Shown here piece by piece: positions 11,828 to 24,715 of a DNA stretch of 64,000 nt. Each line of letters opens with the position of its first letter. The stretch's first letter is position 1. Both the position numbers and the translations under genes were made by a program. The notes under the pieces are model-generated. The model was not told the origin of the DNA and ran no database searches. It saw only the letters and a list, made by a program, of their open reading frames with translations. The DNA is from Basidiobolus meristosporus CBS 931.73 (lineage: Eukaryota; Fungi; Basidiobolomycota), in assembly GCA_002104905.1 (NCBI GenBank), contig MCFE01000320.1, positions 31,521 to 95,520 of the forward strand, read 5' to 3'.

Positions 11828-14374
11828 TGTTGTAAAAATTCGTATTTTCCACCTAAATATTCACCTAACTTAGTCACTTAGATCATCACCTTCAAATCCT
11901 AGAGAATACTGACCAAATTCCTTGTCGGGATTTACTTAGAATATTTTCACCAAAATACCAGGTACCCAGAACATGAAAATTCTCAAAGTTGTCCAAACAG
12001 CCCCAAACTTTGCACACATGTTCTTGGGACCTTCCTTAACCTATTCTACGTGTTTTTAATGCCAAGACCATGTAAAAGTATAAATACTACTTTTACATTC
12101 AATAAATCATTAAGTGAAAACCACATAATCTACTTGTTCTCCAAATCACTTCCAATATCTCCAAGACTCTTACAACAGCAAGATCTATGCTCCATGATCA
12201 TAAATTATCCTATGATTTTTGGGTGGAATCAGTTGCCACAGCTGTATACCTCAAAAATAGGAGTTATAACAGAGTACTTTGCAATTCTACTCCATTTGCA
12301 GCATGGTATGGGTACAGACCAAGTGCCAAACATTTCAGAATATTTGGGTGTACAGCATATGCCAAGAAACTGCCTGGAAATCAGTGAATATTTGAGCCAA
12401 AAAGTGTAAAATGCATATTTTTGGGCTACTGCAATGAGGGTAAAGCATGCAGACTCTACAATGCCAAAGCAAAGAAGCTAATCAAGGCCAGGGATATGCT
12501 ATTTGATGAAAATTCAAAATACTTACAAATTATGGCACTAGATAATGACAAAAATCAGAGCTCAAGTCCACTAATTGTCAGAATTGAATCACAACAAAAC
12601 AATGAGAGTTTTTTCACTCCAGAGTACTCTATAGCCATTTTCAGCCTGAATTAGTGCCAAGGAATATCCCAGAAGTGATCATTCCAGTATCAAATGCATG
12701 GAGATCCAACAGGACAAGAAATAGCCCAAATTATTATATCCATGAGGGTACAAACTTAGCCTATGCCTATTGAGTCCATATTGATGAGCCAAAGACTGTA
12801 AAAGAGGCCCTAAATAGCCCTCAAACAAAGTTTTGGAGATCTGCAATGACTGAGAAATATCAGGCCCTGATGGAAAATCAAATTTGGGGCTTAGTCAAAT
12901 AACCAATCAACCAAAATCTATTGGATGCAGATGGGTATTCAAAACAAAATACAAGGCTGATAGTAATATTGAAAGATAAAAAGCAAGACTTGTGACCAAA
13001 GGATACTTTCAAACAAAAGGACTTAACTATACTAAGACCTTTGCACTGGTAGCCAGGTTTAATTCCATCAGATTAATATTGGTTATTGCAGCCAAATATA
13101 AGTTTTTTATTCATCAAATGGATGCAAAAACTGCTTTTTTGAATGGAAAACCTGATGAGGACATGTATATGAGCCAGCCTGATGGGTTTGCTGACCAAGA
13201 TAACCCCATTTGGTCTGCAAGCTTAAAAGTCTTTATATGGTCTCAAACAATCACCAAGATCCTGGAATTGCAAAATAGATTCTTATTTGAAATCTCTGAG
13301 TTTCAAAAGGACTAATGCTGACTATGGTATATACTATAAGCCAGATAGAGCAAGTCTGGTTCTATTAGCTCTATATGTGGATGATCTTATTATAGCCATC
13401 AGTAACCAAGCAACATTGGAAGAGACTAAATCCAGCCTATCAAAGGAGTTCAAGATGTCCAATCTAGGAGAACTCAGTTACTATGTAGAGATTAAGTTCT
13501 CCATAGACAGAAGTACCCAGACTATCACCCTAAGCCAATCCAGATATATTCAAGATATACTAAAGAAGTACCAAATGGAAGACTGTAAACCAGCAGCTAC
13601 CCCAATGGAGACAAACCTTAGCTTGGTCAAAACTCAACCAAAGCAAGAGAGCTTGGTGCCATCTGAAAGCCCTGACTTTCCTTATCAGTCTATGGTTAGC
13701 AGACCAATGTATATCATGTATATCATGCTTTGAACACAACCAAAATTCTCATATTCAGTGGGAGTTGTCAGCCAGCATAATCTGAACTATGGATTTGCTA
13801 ATTTTGCAGCAGTTAAGCAAATTTTTAGATACCTAAAAGGATCTGCTGACATCTGCTTAAGATACACTTATAGGGATTCTGAACAGGATTTTTTGGGATA
13901 CTCTGATGCTAAATGCGGTCAAAATTTGGAAGACAGAAGATCCACCACAGGATACACATTTCTTTACTGTAAAGGAGCAATGTCATGGAATTCAAGAAAG
14001 CAACCAACTGTAGCACTTTCTACCACAGAGGCAGAGTATATGGCAGCCTGTGAAGCTACAAAAGAAGCAATTAGGCTCAGGAAGCTTTATAAAGATTTAG
14101 GCTTATGTCAAAAAACACCTATTACTTTTTTTCAAGATAATTAAGGATGTATAAAATTAGGTAGAGATCCAACTTTTCATGCTAGAGCTAAGCACATACA
14201 TATTAGACACCATTTCATATGTAAAGCCATAGAGAATAGCTTGGTTAACTTAGCTTACTGTCCTACAGAAGAAATGATTATAGACACATTCACCAAGCCA
14301 TTAGCTAGAAAGATGCTTAAATATCTTAGGTCAAAATTAGGACTAGTCAGTGTGAGCATTTAATTGTGCAGAAG

Positions 14375-14840
14375 TGTTGTAGAGTTTGTAATTCCACCTG
14401 AGTATTCACCTAACTTAGTCACTTAGATCATTACCTTCAAATCCTAGAGAATACTGACCAAAATCCTTGTTGGGATTAGAAGATTTCTGCAATAATATCA
14501 GGTACCCAGAACATAAAGATTTGATAAGCTTTCCAAACAGTCCCAAACTTTTCACACATGCTCTTAGGACCTTCCTAAACATATTCTATGTGTTTGTTAT
14601 GCCAAGACCATGTAAAAGTATTTATACTACTTTTACATTCAATAAATCATCAAGTGAAAACCACATAATCTACTTGTTTGGCCAATCACTTCCAGTATCA
14701 CCAAAACTCTTGCAACATATCTTGCCAAGTCCATGTGAAAGTATAAATACTACTTTTACATTTGATAAATCATTTAGTGAAAGTCACATGATCTACTTGT
14801 TCTCCCAATCACTTCCAATATCTCCAAATCTCCCATAACC
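14375..14840 (+). repeat. B-type LTR with 3' TATA/poly(A) duplication
   Basis: TGTTGTAGAG...TTGCAACA (14717), then a second TATA/poly(A)-signal module, as at 4400-4520. Confidence 0.82.
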
Positions 14841-14909
14841 AAACTACCAGCCAACCAAAAATCCATTGGATGCATATTGGTCTTCAAGACAAAATATAAG
14901 GCTGATGGG

Positions 14910-15185
14910 GAATATTACTTTTGAATGGTCCTGGCAAAGGAAACCCATAAAATATGTTAAGGAAGGTTTGAAAAACGTGTGTGCAAAGTTGGGTGCTATT
15001 TGGATAGCTTACAACATTTTCACCAAAACATTAGGTACCCAGAACATGAAGAATTGTAAAGTAAATCCCAACCAGGAATTTGGCCAGAATTCTCAGAGAT
15101 TTGTAGGTAATGATCTAAGTGACTAAGTTAGGGGAATATTTAGGTGGAATTCCGAATTTTTACAACACTTCCGATCACTCCCAAT
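14910..15185 (-). repeat. Truncated related Copia 3' LTR with PPT, opposite orientation
   Basis: Minus strand reads GGGAGTGATCGGAAG-TGTTGTAAAAATTCGGAATTCCACCTAAATATTC..., homologous to the A-type LTR. Confidence 0.8.
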
Positions 15186-15353
15186 ATCTCCAATACTCCC
15201 ACAACATTTATAAGACTACTGATAAGGTGTAGCAGGGGCGAGGTGGTGGAGAAGGGAAAGAGCAAGGGATAGGGATAGCTGACGGGAATGCGGGAGGAAG
15301 GGAAGGGAAAGGGATGAAGGATTGAAGATGTTGGCTGAAATACCATGTGTGCC

Positions 15354-16284
15354 TTACATGTAAGAGCTGGTGGCCAGGCCCAGTGCAAAAGTGTAGAGCC
15401 TAGAATCGATCACCAGACTCGGATCGTCAGCTTGAATACCTATCGAAGAAGTTACATCAAGTGAATCACCCAACCAAGTGGAAGCTTCATACCAGTCAAG
15501 ATATTCAAGAGGGTGTGGTCACACGGCAGAACGATTGTCTTCAGACTCCATTCGTCCGCTTCGAGAGTAGGCTGTGGATTCTGATTCTCCTTCCGGTGCA
15601 CGTCAATCTGGGAATGTAAGGAATGAAACGGGCCGAACCCATGGTGAGCACATTACCTACCAACCAACCTTCCACACACACTCCCTACACGCACACATTC
15701 TTACCTTGACATAAGCTACTCTGCAACAGGAATCAGTCAGCCCTGGTTCGTAGCAGATGACGGGTCCGATATTGACCACCTCCCCGACGTACCCGGTCTC
15801 TTCTTTTAATTCTCTTAAAGCGGCAGACTTCACATCCTCGCCCTCATCGATCAGCCCTAGTGGTATGCAAGTGAGCTCTTCAACGGTGTTTGGAAGAACG
15901 ACGTAGAAACTCAAAGGAAACTACCTGAGGGAAACTCAATGGTGTACGCATCCACAGCCGGCCGGTACTGAACCACCAGAACAATGCTTCTTTGCTCCAG
16001 TAGGTGAAAGGTCGCCACTACATCTACAGCTGGGAGTGGGTCAGGCTGGGAGGCTATTTGAAGTGAGAGAACCGGGGGACCACTTTACCATTAATTACTC
16101 TCTTCTCCGACTCGATTTTCTTGTTAACGGTAGTTCTACGACACACCTCCCATTGTCGGGTTTCTCCTGTGTGTGCTGGAGTGTAATAGATCCTTTCCAA
16201 GTTCAACCACTGCCCGTTCCCAAGCCTCTCGGAAGGCTTGGAGTCTCGAATAACTTGAGTAAGGTTGAAGGTGTTGTTGGTCAT
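15354..16284 (-). CDS. YSA1: ADP-ribose pyrophosphatase (Nudix), multi-exon
   Basis: N-terminal LGNGQWLNLERIYY...TRQWEVCRRTT, Nudix box GLIDEGEDVKSAALRELKEETGY, then IDVHRKENQNPQP and C-terminal VIDSRLYTFALGL*. Confidence 0.88.
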
Positions 16285-17013
16285 TTTGCCGGTGAAGTGA
16301 GAACACCAGCAAGGGATGGGAGGAGAACAGTATAATATGTAAGATGCAAGCCACTGAACTCTGGAATGATCAATACCCCAATCCGATATTCCAGAGCGGA
16401 TGGATGTGGCATCAATCGAGATGCGATCTGAAGTCACAAACCGCAAATGCCGGTGAAATCCAGGAGCCAACATGCATGCATGAAAGTCTCGGCTTGTCTG
16501 GAAATCGGGTGGTGAGGGCCAATTTGGAAGCGAGTGTGACAATCCCAGCTCCGATATGGTTAGAGAGCATCCAAACAATGCAATAGAATGGGCTCAGCAC
16601 GTAACATCTGTTCATCCATGCTCTCCCTATAATGAGCCATTCCATTCAATGCATGTATAAATCGAGGGGGGGGGGCCGCATAAAAAAAGATCAAGAAAAA
16701 ATTTCTTTTTTTTCCTACGGGATCTGGGGTCGATTGGAAACACTGTTCAACAAGTATATCTCTATGAATCGAGTAATCCAAACCCCTACCACTTCTCTGG
16801 GCGGGCCCGAGGTATATAAGCGATCCTCTAGGTTGATGGGATTTTTTTTGACACGCGTGTATACAAGATTTCCTTGATCACCTCGCTTGTTTCTAGTTTT
16901 CGAAGTTGAAGTTACTTTTTCAGTTGCAACAACAGCCCAACTGGAGATCTACCTCATCTCCCTTCCTCCGACCGAACCAACTGTCCACTCTTGGAGTTTA
17001 GCGTGCCAACAGT

Positions 17014-19316
17014 ATGCCGAGTGCTCTCGAGTTCGTTTCTTGTACGTGTTGTTTGACCGGTCGAACCTAAGCGTGTTACTTCCCGACTAACCCCTCACTC
17101 TCCATGTTTAGCTGGAGGCCAACACTTTGGCAAAGATACTGGTTTGGAATTCGTGAACAAGATCGGCCAGATAATTTTGAAGGCGAGGGTCGGTCAGTCT
17201 ACGGCCACCCAGCAGGTGGAGGATACTTCGGCCTCCCTGAAACCCAAGGTTCGTGTGCTCGGGAGTGGTGTCGCTGGAACAGACCTGAACTAACCAGAGT
17301 TTTCTATGTAGCGTGCCACGAGATCTCTTGCGAAGGCGCTTCACGCTTGGAATTCCGGTGTACCCATTCACATCCATGTGTTCAAGAAGAGCGATCATGC
17401 GTTGCTGGAGTGTTGGACGATCAATTTTGAGAGTTGGTAGGTGGCCTCGTCACGTCGACGCGATATCGTCCGGGCCCAAAACTAACCTATCCGCACCTAT
17501 TTTCAGGGACAGCAAACCGAACGAGCGCAGCAAGTTGGATTCGACGCAGCTCGTGTTGCTTCTACAGTCGATCTATTCGCAGATCCGATATTTGCCATTG
17601 CACTCACTGATCACTCGAGGTATCTTCCCCAAGGAGGAGATCGAATACTCTATCGCGTCGTACAGCAGCGTCTGCTCCACTGACTGCTTTCCGTCGGGAG
17701 TGGATCTCACCAATCATCAGTTCAAAAGCGCCGCGACGTCCTTTGGGACCTTGAAGGTTGGGGTGATATACGAGAAAAATCTAGAGGTGATGAAATTGGC
17801 CGAGGGCAAGGATAGCTTCGAATCATCTCCTGAGCAACCAACTCACCAGCAATTGGAGGGGCATCAACACCCACAACTCAAACGCAGATTCTCTGCACTG
17901 AATCGTCCAAGCAAATGCATCACCAAAAGTATCCATCTGTCATCTATGAAGATGCTGGCAACTCTGGAAGAAGAGGAGAGAGAAGATGCTGCGGAATTGA
18001 ATGGGGTGGACATCGAGTCTGAGAAGAGACATGATGCGGCCAGCGAAGATAAATCGCCAACCTGGCTTTCTCGACCGGTCAGTATACCTGCGGCCTCACC
18101 GATTGCCAATACTCCCTGTCAATCTCTCAGCCATTTGTTTGCGGCGAGACATCATTACCCTCACAAGCCCGACGCTGTTGGTTCCGGGCTTGGTGGTTCG
18201 GCCGACATTAGACCCACCCACTTCCCTCGCAAGTCCTACAACTGCCAGCTCAATGTGACCCCTCCCCATTCGCCCCTTTCGCCCTTCAAGAATCACCATC
18301 AGCACAGCGGCTTCAGTGGAATGCATCTCCCCAAGTTCGGAGGTCGTCGATCCAGCATCTCTAGTCTAAATCCATCAGAGCTATTTGGATCACTGGTGGG
18401 AAGCTACGAGGAGTCCATTTTGAGCGGAAGAATGTCGGCCGTCCCGTCAAAACCCATTCACTTTACGGCACAGATCGGGGTGCTTGGTAAAGGGAAATGC
18501 AAACCGTCGCTCAAGTGCCCACCGCACCTCAACATGGATTTCCCCGCCTACTTCTATCAGCACGGGAATACGGAGTCGCCGTCGCCCTACGTGGGGACGG
18601 TCGACCTGGATCACCAAGACACGATAGACAAGCGATTCCCACACGGCTATAGGATTCCACCCAAGGGGCAGCTCCAGGTGATCATCAAGAATCCGAACAA
18701 GACCGCGGTCAAGTTCTTCCTGATCCCGTACGATTTCTCGGACATGCCGGAGAACTCGAAGACCTTCCTGAGGCAAAAGTCGTACTCGGTCCCGGGGGCA
18801 TGCAAGGAGAACCCAACGCTGCGATACGCGATCCACCTGCAATTCTGCTCCCCCTCGAGGAAGCGGATCTATCTGTACAAAAACATCCGACTCGTGTTCT
18901 CCCATCGGGTCCCGGACGGCAGTGAACGGCTAAAGGTTGTGTGCGAAGGGCCGGGGGAGCCCAAATACATCCCCGCCCTGAACCTACCCTCGAAACCAAG
19001 CCTCGCCCCCAAAGCCCCTGCGGTGGCGGACGATCCACCACCCATGGATGTGAATGGGAACCCCATACCACCTTTCTCGGCCGCCGACGCGTTCGCTAGA
19101 CGCGAACTCCGCAAGCCCTCGATTACGTCCACCATCTCCGAAAGCTTGCTGAAGATGAAGCTAAGTGGAGAGGACCTACGGGTCGACCACGACCACGGCC
19201 ACGGCCACCGTCACTATGAAAACCATGTGGAAATATCGGCGCCTTCCGAGAACGGGAGGCGGTCAGAGGGCCGGGAGTTTGCGGTGGTAGAGCCGGGCAA
19301 GGTATTGCCTAAATGA
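17014..19316 (+). CDS. FAM214: FAM214/Atos-family protein (DUF4210 + Chromosome_seg) with an N-terminal Atg13-like HORMA domain; join(17014..17041,17112..17248,17312..17436,17507..19316)
   Basis: LVGSYEESILSGRMS...FTAQIGVLG...CPPH and GQLQVIIKNPNKTAVKFFL.PYD...TFLRQ...LRYAIHL. Three phase-consistent GT-AG introns, the latter two with CTAAC branch sites. Confidence 0.85.
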
Positions 19317-19930
19317 GAGGGGCAAGATTCCGAACATGTAAATAGCATATTAGATATTGTATTCTTAGTCACATAAATACGAAACTTATATAAAATAGAG
19401 GGTTTGCCCAACCCAATCCAATCCGATCCAACCTAACATACACCCGAGTGTGAATCTCGAGGTCAGATTCGTGTCTTACGGGGTCCAAATGGGATCCCGC
19501 TTCCAACCCGAAAGGGTTCTATCGCTCTCATCACTGGCGAGAAAGCCGGTGCCTGGATTTCGTGCTCTGCATGCAACACAGCGTACTGCGCTCCAAGATG
19601 GCCCGGATTATTTGATTGGAGCCAGTAAAATCCCAACCCAAGCACCGGTCGTCTTGGCGACAGGAGCATATTAGTGGCGTTCTAGGAGCAGAAGTGGGGG
19701 CGGGCTGCGGGGAGATTCAAGAGTAAGTAGCGGGTCGTTTATTTGGATGGAACATGGGATATCAAGGAAAACAGTGCAACAAACATCTAATGGGCCTGGG
19801 GAGGGGAAAATCCCATCTAACAAAAATTCTAGGAAATCTCGGCGGGAGGGAAAAGCCTTCATTCGCGGGGATGGTGAGAGGAATGGGGGGGAGGGGGAGG
19901 CGGAGGCGGAGGCGGTGGCGGTGGCGGACA

Positions 19931-21379
19931 TTAAAGCAGGATCTCGGTGGAATCTGAGTTGGTATCCGAGTTCGAGTCGGTGCTGGGAGTGCCGTTCAGT
20001 TGGTCGTTGAGCTGTTTGATGAACAGGGCGTTTTCAACCTCCAAAGTGCGTACCTTGCGCGCGTCGAAACCATACATTTTGATGTACTCCAGGTCAATGG
20101 CGCTGGGAACGTTCATCCCCTTCTGGTTTCGCTCCAAGGGGCCGGGTACTCCCAGGAGGGCGGCGTAATCTGGCTGGTTGACTTGGATCACCTGATCTAT
20201 GAGTTGATTGATGTCGATCTTCTCGTTGACGGAGTTGACAATGTTCTTCATGTCGACCAGGTCCCGTTTCTCGATTTCGGTGGATCGTCTGCTTCTACCT
20301 CCGTTGTACCGGTAACACAGGGAGGTGGTGCTTAGGATCTCTTCGACCCGATAGCCAAATGGTTCCAGAGTGTCGCTTAGCGCCACTGCACCCCCGTTCA
20401 TGTGATTGACTCCGCTATAGTCATTGGCCACGGTGGGATTTGCGTCTTGCCAATCGGCCCAGATCTTGTCTACAAAGGCATGGTGCATCCAGAATAGTGG
20501 GCTAGCGATGAGCAGGATAGAGAATGTGAGTCTCAGGCGGGAGAAGGGGAGGGGTAGACAAAGATGAAGGGCAACGATGGAAACCGCGACTTACTCGTTG
20601 GGACTTGACATCACTCTGAAGTCACCACCTACGCCAAAGTGGACAGTGGCATGGGGGCCAGGTTCAATATACTCTCGTAGTTCGTTATAGTTACGGGAGC
20701 GACGGATTATATTGTTGACCGACTGACGAGACCAGAAGGACGGGATGGTGCGACCGCCATCCCATCGTCGTGATAAGCAGTGGCGTCTTGGGAATCGCGC
20801 TTCCCAGCCACCAAATGGTCCCTCGGTCAAGCAGCTGTCGCCAACACCGTTTCCATTCCCTCCAAACCACCTCCATATCTCGCTGTTCTCCGGGCTTCCT
20901 GCCTCGATTGTCCAATCCTACATACAGAGCAAAGGTGAAACCTGGTCAGTCACTGCAGTGGAAAGGGGGTTGTGACATGCTTGACTGCACGGATCGCCGC
21001 ATTAACCAACTGCTCAGCTAGTAGGTGGGAATGATGATTGGTGGACAACATAGATACATACCCAGTATGGCAGTGTGAGGCTGGGATTGACCGCGCGCAA
21101 GGCATTCTCGAACTGGTGAATAAAGGCCCGATGCCAGGTGAAGAATGGTGCGGTGGAGTGGGCGTGTGGGACATAGGTTAGATGAACATTCACCAAGCGA
21201 TCATAAACACCGCTTTGCTTCAGAGTGTTGATCGCCTCGATGAAAGCGGTCTTTTCACCGTTGGAGAGTTGTCGGAACTCTCTTCTTACCCGGGTCCCAC
21301 CGCAGCCCTGTCCAGTGACAAGAGTGAGGGAGCTGGAGGCGAGGAGAAGGGCGACGGCGAGTTTTTTGGCTAGTTGCAT
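19931..21379 (-). CDS. Secreted tyrosinase (type-3 copper protein), paralog 1, 3 exons
   Basis: Signal peptide. CuA motif VHLTYVPHAHSTAPFFTWHR and CuB motif PHATVH...PLFWMHHAFVD. Confidence 0.9.
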
Positions 21380-21858
21380 ACTGACAGACACTACAAATCA
21401 GGGGTGGGACGGAATGTGGATTCTAAGGTTCTAGCCAAAGGGCGGGTTGGGTAGGAGGAATGCACAATCAAATGTGTAAGAAAGCCTGTCACCCGCCTAG
21501 GGTATTTATAGGCTCGGCTGCAGCCGGTCACATTTGGAGCATCGATTGTTTTTCAAGTGCATTCTCCCCAAGCAATGGTCACTTGTTTGGGATGAATGGC
21601 CATTATGTTCGTGATGGTACGGCCCTGGAGAGGGATCGATCATGCAGAGATCAGCCTATTCCCTGTACATGTGGGTGCAATGGATCTGGTGGCCAAACAA
21701 TAAAACAATTGTGTTCACTGCGTGCAACATGGCCATGGCTATTGAAACACGGGGCTGGCTCGTTCTTCGCCAGATCGTTTTACAAACATGGGCCAGTTTC
21801 AAGCTTGCATCTGGTTAGAATATGGAAGTTCAATTTTATTGGTAGGGATTGATCAAGT

Positions 21859-24178
21859 CTAGTCCCAATATTTGATGGTGCCGTCCCAACTGCAGGTCGC
21901 TACTTTGGAGGTCTCTTGCGGATGCCATTCGCAGCCGATAAGTACGCTGTCGTGCGCCTTGAATCTCCTGGAGTGATTGTTAGTGGATTCCGGTCAGCGT
22001 CCATGTGGGGCGGTGTACTTACTTGAGAACCTTGGTCGTTTTCCAATCCCAGAACCAGAGCTTTCCTTCCGCATCGCCCGACATGATGAACCTTCAAGGT
22101 GAAGATTTAGTGTTGGTCATGCCACCCGACAAGTTTGAACTGTCACTCACCTGCCGTCAGCAGAGAAATTCGGTTGGCACGCATAGCCGGCAATCACGTG
22201 GCCGGTGAACCTCTTCTTCCCGTTCAGTCGGAATCTATCCTTGGCGCCGTACACCACGATCTGGTTGTCCAGGGATTGGCACGCAAGCCATTTTTCTAGA
22301 AGCAGTTCAAGGTCAGCCGATGGTTCGGGCCAAGTCCAAGTTGGGCGGCCACTTACTGTTAGGATGCAGGGAGACACTGGGCATACTGTGCATATAAGGT
22401 TCGGCGATGTACTTGATCACCACTGGAATATCGAATTCCCAAGCTCTCAGGGTTTTGTCGTCCGAGGTGGTCACGAAGCGGCGGTTTTCGTCGACAAACG
22501 TGATCGAATTGACAGCGCCCAGATGCTGGTCATACTCCTGCGTAATCTCCCCGGTGTTGATGTCGAACTGGACAACAGGCAGAAAGTTAGCGAGGTCGTT
22601 CGGGAGGGTGTCGAGGCTACGCCAAACAAACAAGTACCTGTACGATTTTCTTATCCGAGCACCCGGCCAAGAAGATGTGCTGTTTGTCCTCGTCTGGGTT
22701 GAACTTGACGCAGTATGGAATCTTCTTGGTGGTGAAGGATCTGATGCATTGGCCGGTTTCCGTGTCCCAGAGCTTAACAAATCGGTCGTAACTGGCAGTA
22801 AGGAATCTTCTACCATCGTTGCTGAATGTAATATCGCGGACCGCCTTGCTGTGGCCGATGAATGTTCTCAGGCATTGACGCTCGTGATAGACATCCCAGA
22901 TCTAGCGTACCAAAGTCCCGTCAATATATGTGGTAGTAGTGGTGATCGGTGTGCTGTGTATGGTTACCTTAACTTTGGAATCCATGCCAGCAGAAAGCAA
23001 GAGATGTCCAGATCTTGGGAAGAACCGAATAGCAGAGACACCCTTTGTGTGTCCAGTCCAGGTATGAATATGCTTCTTGGGCAGGAAGCAGTCTTGCTCG
23101 CCAGGTTCTCCGAGCAGGTTGATGTCCAGGTCTTGTGGGATATGAATGTATGTTCTGCCTTGGTAATCATACTCAGATTTCCCTACACAAACTGTTAGCT
23201 GGCTTATCCGTTAGAATACGCTTGCTTAATGAAACTAACCGTGGAAGATGCTGGTCTCTGTTCCAGTGGTGGGCTCGTTGCTTGTATCCTCTCCGACGGG
23301 TGTGGTTTGTACAGGAATCTCCTGAAAGTAAATTGAATCAGTCTCAAGGATAAACAGCGTGGTGGTGTTTTTGTACGTACTTCTTCATCGGGTCCAGCCA
23401 GTTCCCCAATTCTCTCGCCTTCATATCCGGCCCAAGGCCCCTTGTAAGCGTTCTCACCCTCTAATACTGAAGAGTCTCCGCGGGTCTTTCTCTTCGCCAG
23501 GTTTTTGTTCTGCTTGGCCTTTGAGTCGTATATAGTAGCACCTGACAGTAATTTGAACGTGAATACCGAGCCTGACTAAAGAGAGTGACAATGGAGGTAC
23601 CTTCGAATTGGATAGCCTTCGCTGTGTCACCAACAAAGCCGCTACCGTCTAAACCACCACCCACTTGCCCTTGAGCAGAATAAGTCAATACAGAAGGATC
23701 TCTGGCATATCCAAACGAACGGAATGTTCGCTCCTGTGTACGGAAATCATGCTCAGAAATGGCCTGCTCCTCGACATGGCCTACATAGTTGAGGGACGCT
23801 TTAATAAAAACTCAAGTGGTCTCTCGTGAAGGTCGCGAATTACCGGTCAAGATGTTTTGATTGGGAGCTCTAGTTCGAAAGGGATTGTTGGGGCCCATCA
23901 CTGGTTTCACCATGTCATCGTATGGAATGTTCACAGCCACGCTTTTGTCGGTAATGCTCGTAATGATACGCTTGGAAAGGGAAGGATCCTGTTTGGGAAA
24001 GACGAGCGGGTTGGTTGTTGTGAAGGGGATTTCGCTCAACGCCGAGGGAACTTACCTCTAAGCTAACATCGGGGGCTACGTTGATTTTGATCCGTTTGTG
24101 TGATAGATTGACTGGGGCAGTTTCGTGAAATTCCGAATCCGAACCAGAAGCCGAACCGTAACCACCTAGCAGGTCCAT
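21859..24178 (-). CDS. CDC40: Pre-mRNA splicing factor Prp17/Cdc40 (WD40), many introns
   Basis: [76 protein letters not shown], and C-terminal IKYWD*. Confidence 0.93.
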
Positions 24179-24715
24179 TATAAATTCGTGTTCGAGAGGG
24201 GAAGTATTACAAAAAGTCCACCCACCACGGAGGATCAATAAAAAGGGGATTTCGTGACAAATCCATTGGAAAATTTCCAGGATTTTTTCATCCCAAGGGA
24301 GGGTCGAGTGATTTGCCAGCGTTCACCCCAAGTGAGGATCGAGTGATTTGCAAGCCTACCGTCCATCGAGCGGATTTTGCGGGATGCGCTCAAGTGGATT
24401 TGACCACAACAGATTGTAAACGAGTCGTCTGCATCGAGTACATTGTGCTCTGCATCGGGCCACGTGTTGAGAGAGAAGGTTCGTCTCCACGTATTTCTCG
24501 CTCGGTGAGAGTGACCGCATTAATTACATGAACATTTCCCTGGCGTGGGGCCCTTGACGCACATATTTCTCTCACGTACATGTTGAGTATTCAAACATCC
24601 CGCCATTGATCTGCACGTCAATAACACTCATGGCGCTCATATAAATGTGAATTCCTCTGCGGTTCTGGTAGATCCCAAGCCCAGTCTTTCTTGATCAATC
24701 CTCTTTCCTTTAACA

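Larger units (their letters stand above)
7491..12177 (+). mobile_element. Young full-length Ty1/Copia retrotransposon
   Basis: 350-bp LTRs at 7491-7840 and 11828-12177 differ at one position by eye. 5-bp TSD GCAAG at 7486-7490 and 12178-12182. PBS and PPT are present, with complete gag-PR-IN-RT-RH. Confidence 0.98.
4535..14717 (+). mobile_element. Older degenerate Copia element, interrupted by a solo LTR (5891-6705) and a young Copia (7491-12177)
   Basis: 5' LTR 4535-4883 and PBS 4884-4895. Frameshifted and stop-riddled gag-pol fragments lie at 4884-5890, 6706-7490 and 12183-14362. The 3' LTR starts at 14375. The integrase reads IVDVA|RSMLHD across the young insertion. Confidence 0.9.

Noticed and set aside
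17313-17506. N-terminus of the 667-aa ORF as given in the ORF track
   Set aside because: It reads through an intron and the wrong frame of exon 3. The spliced model from ATG 17014 gives a coherent domain.
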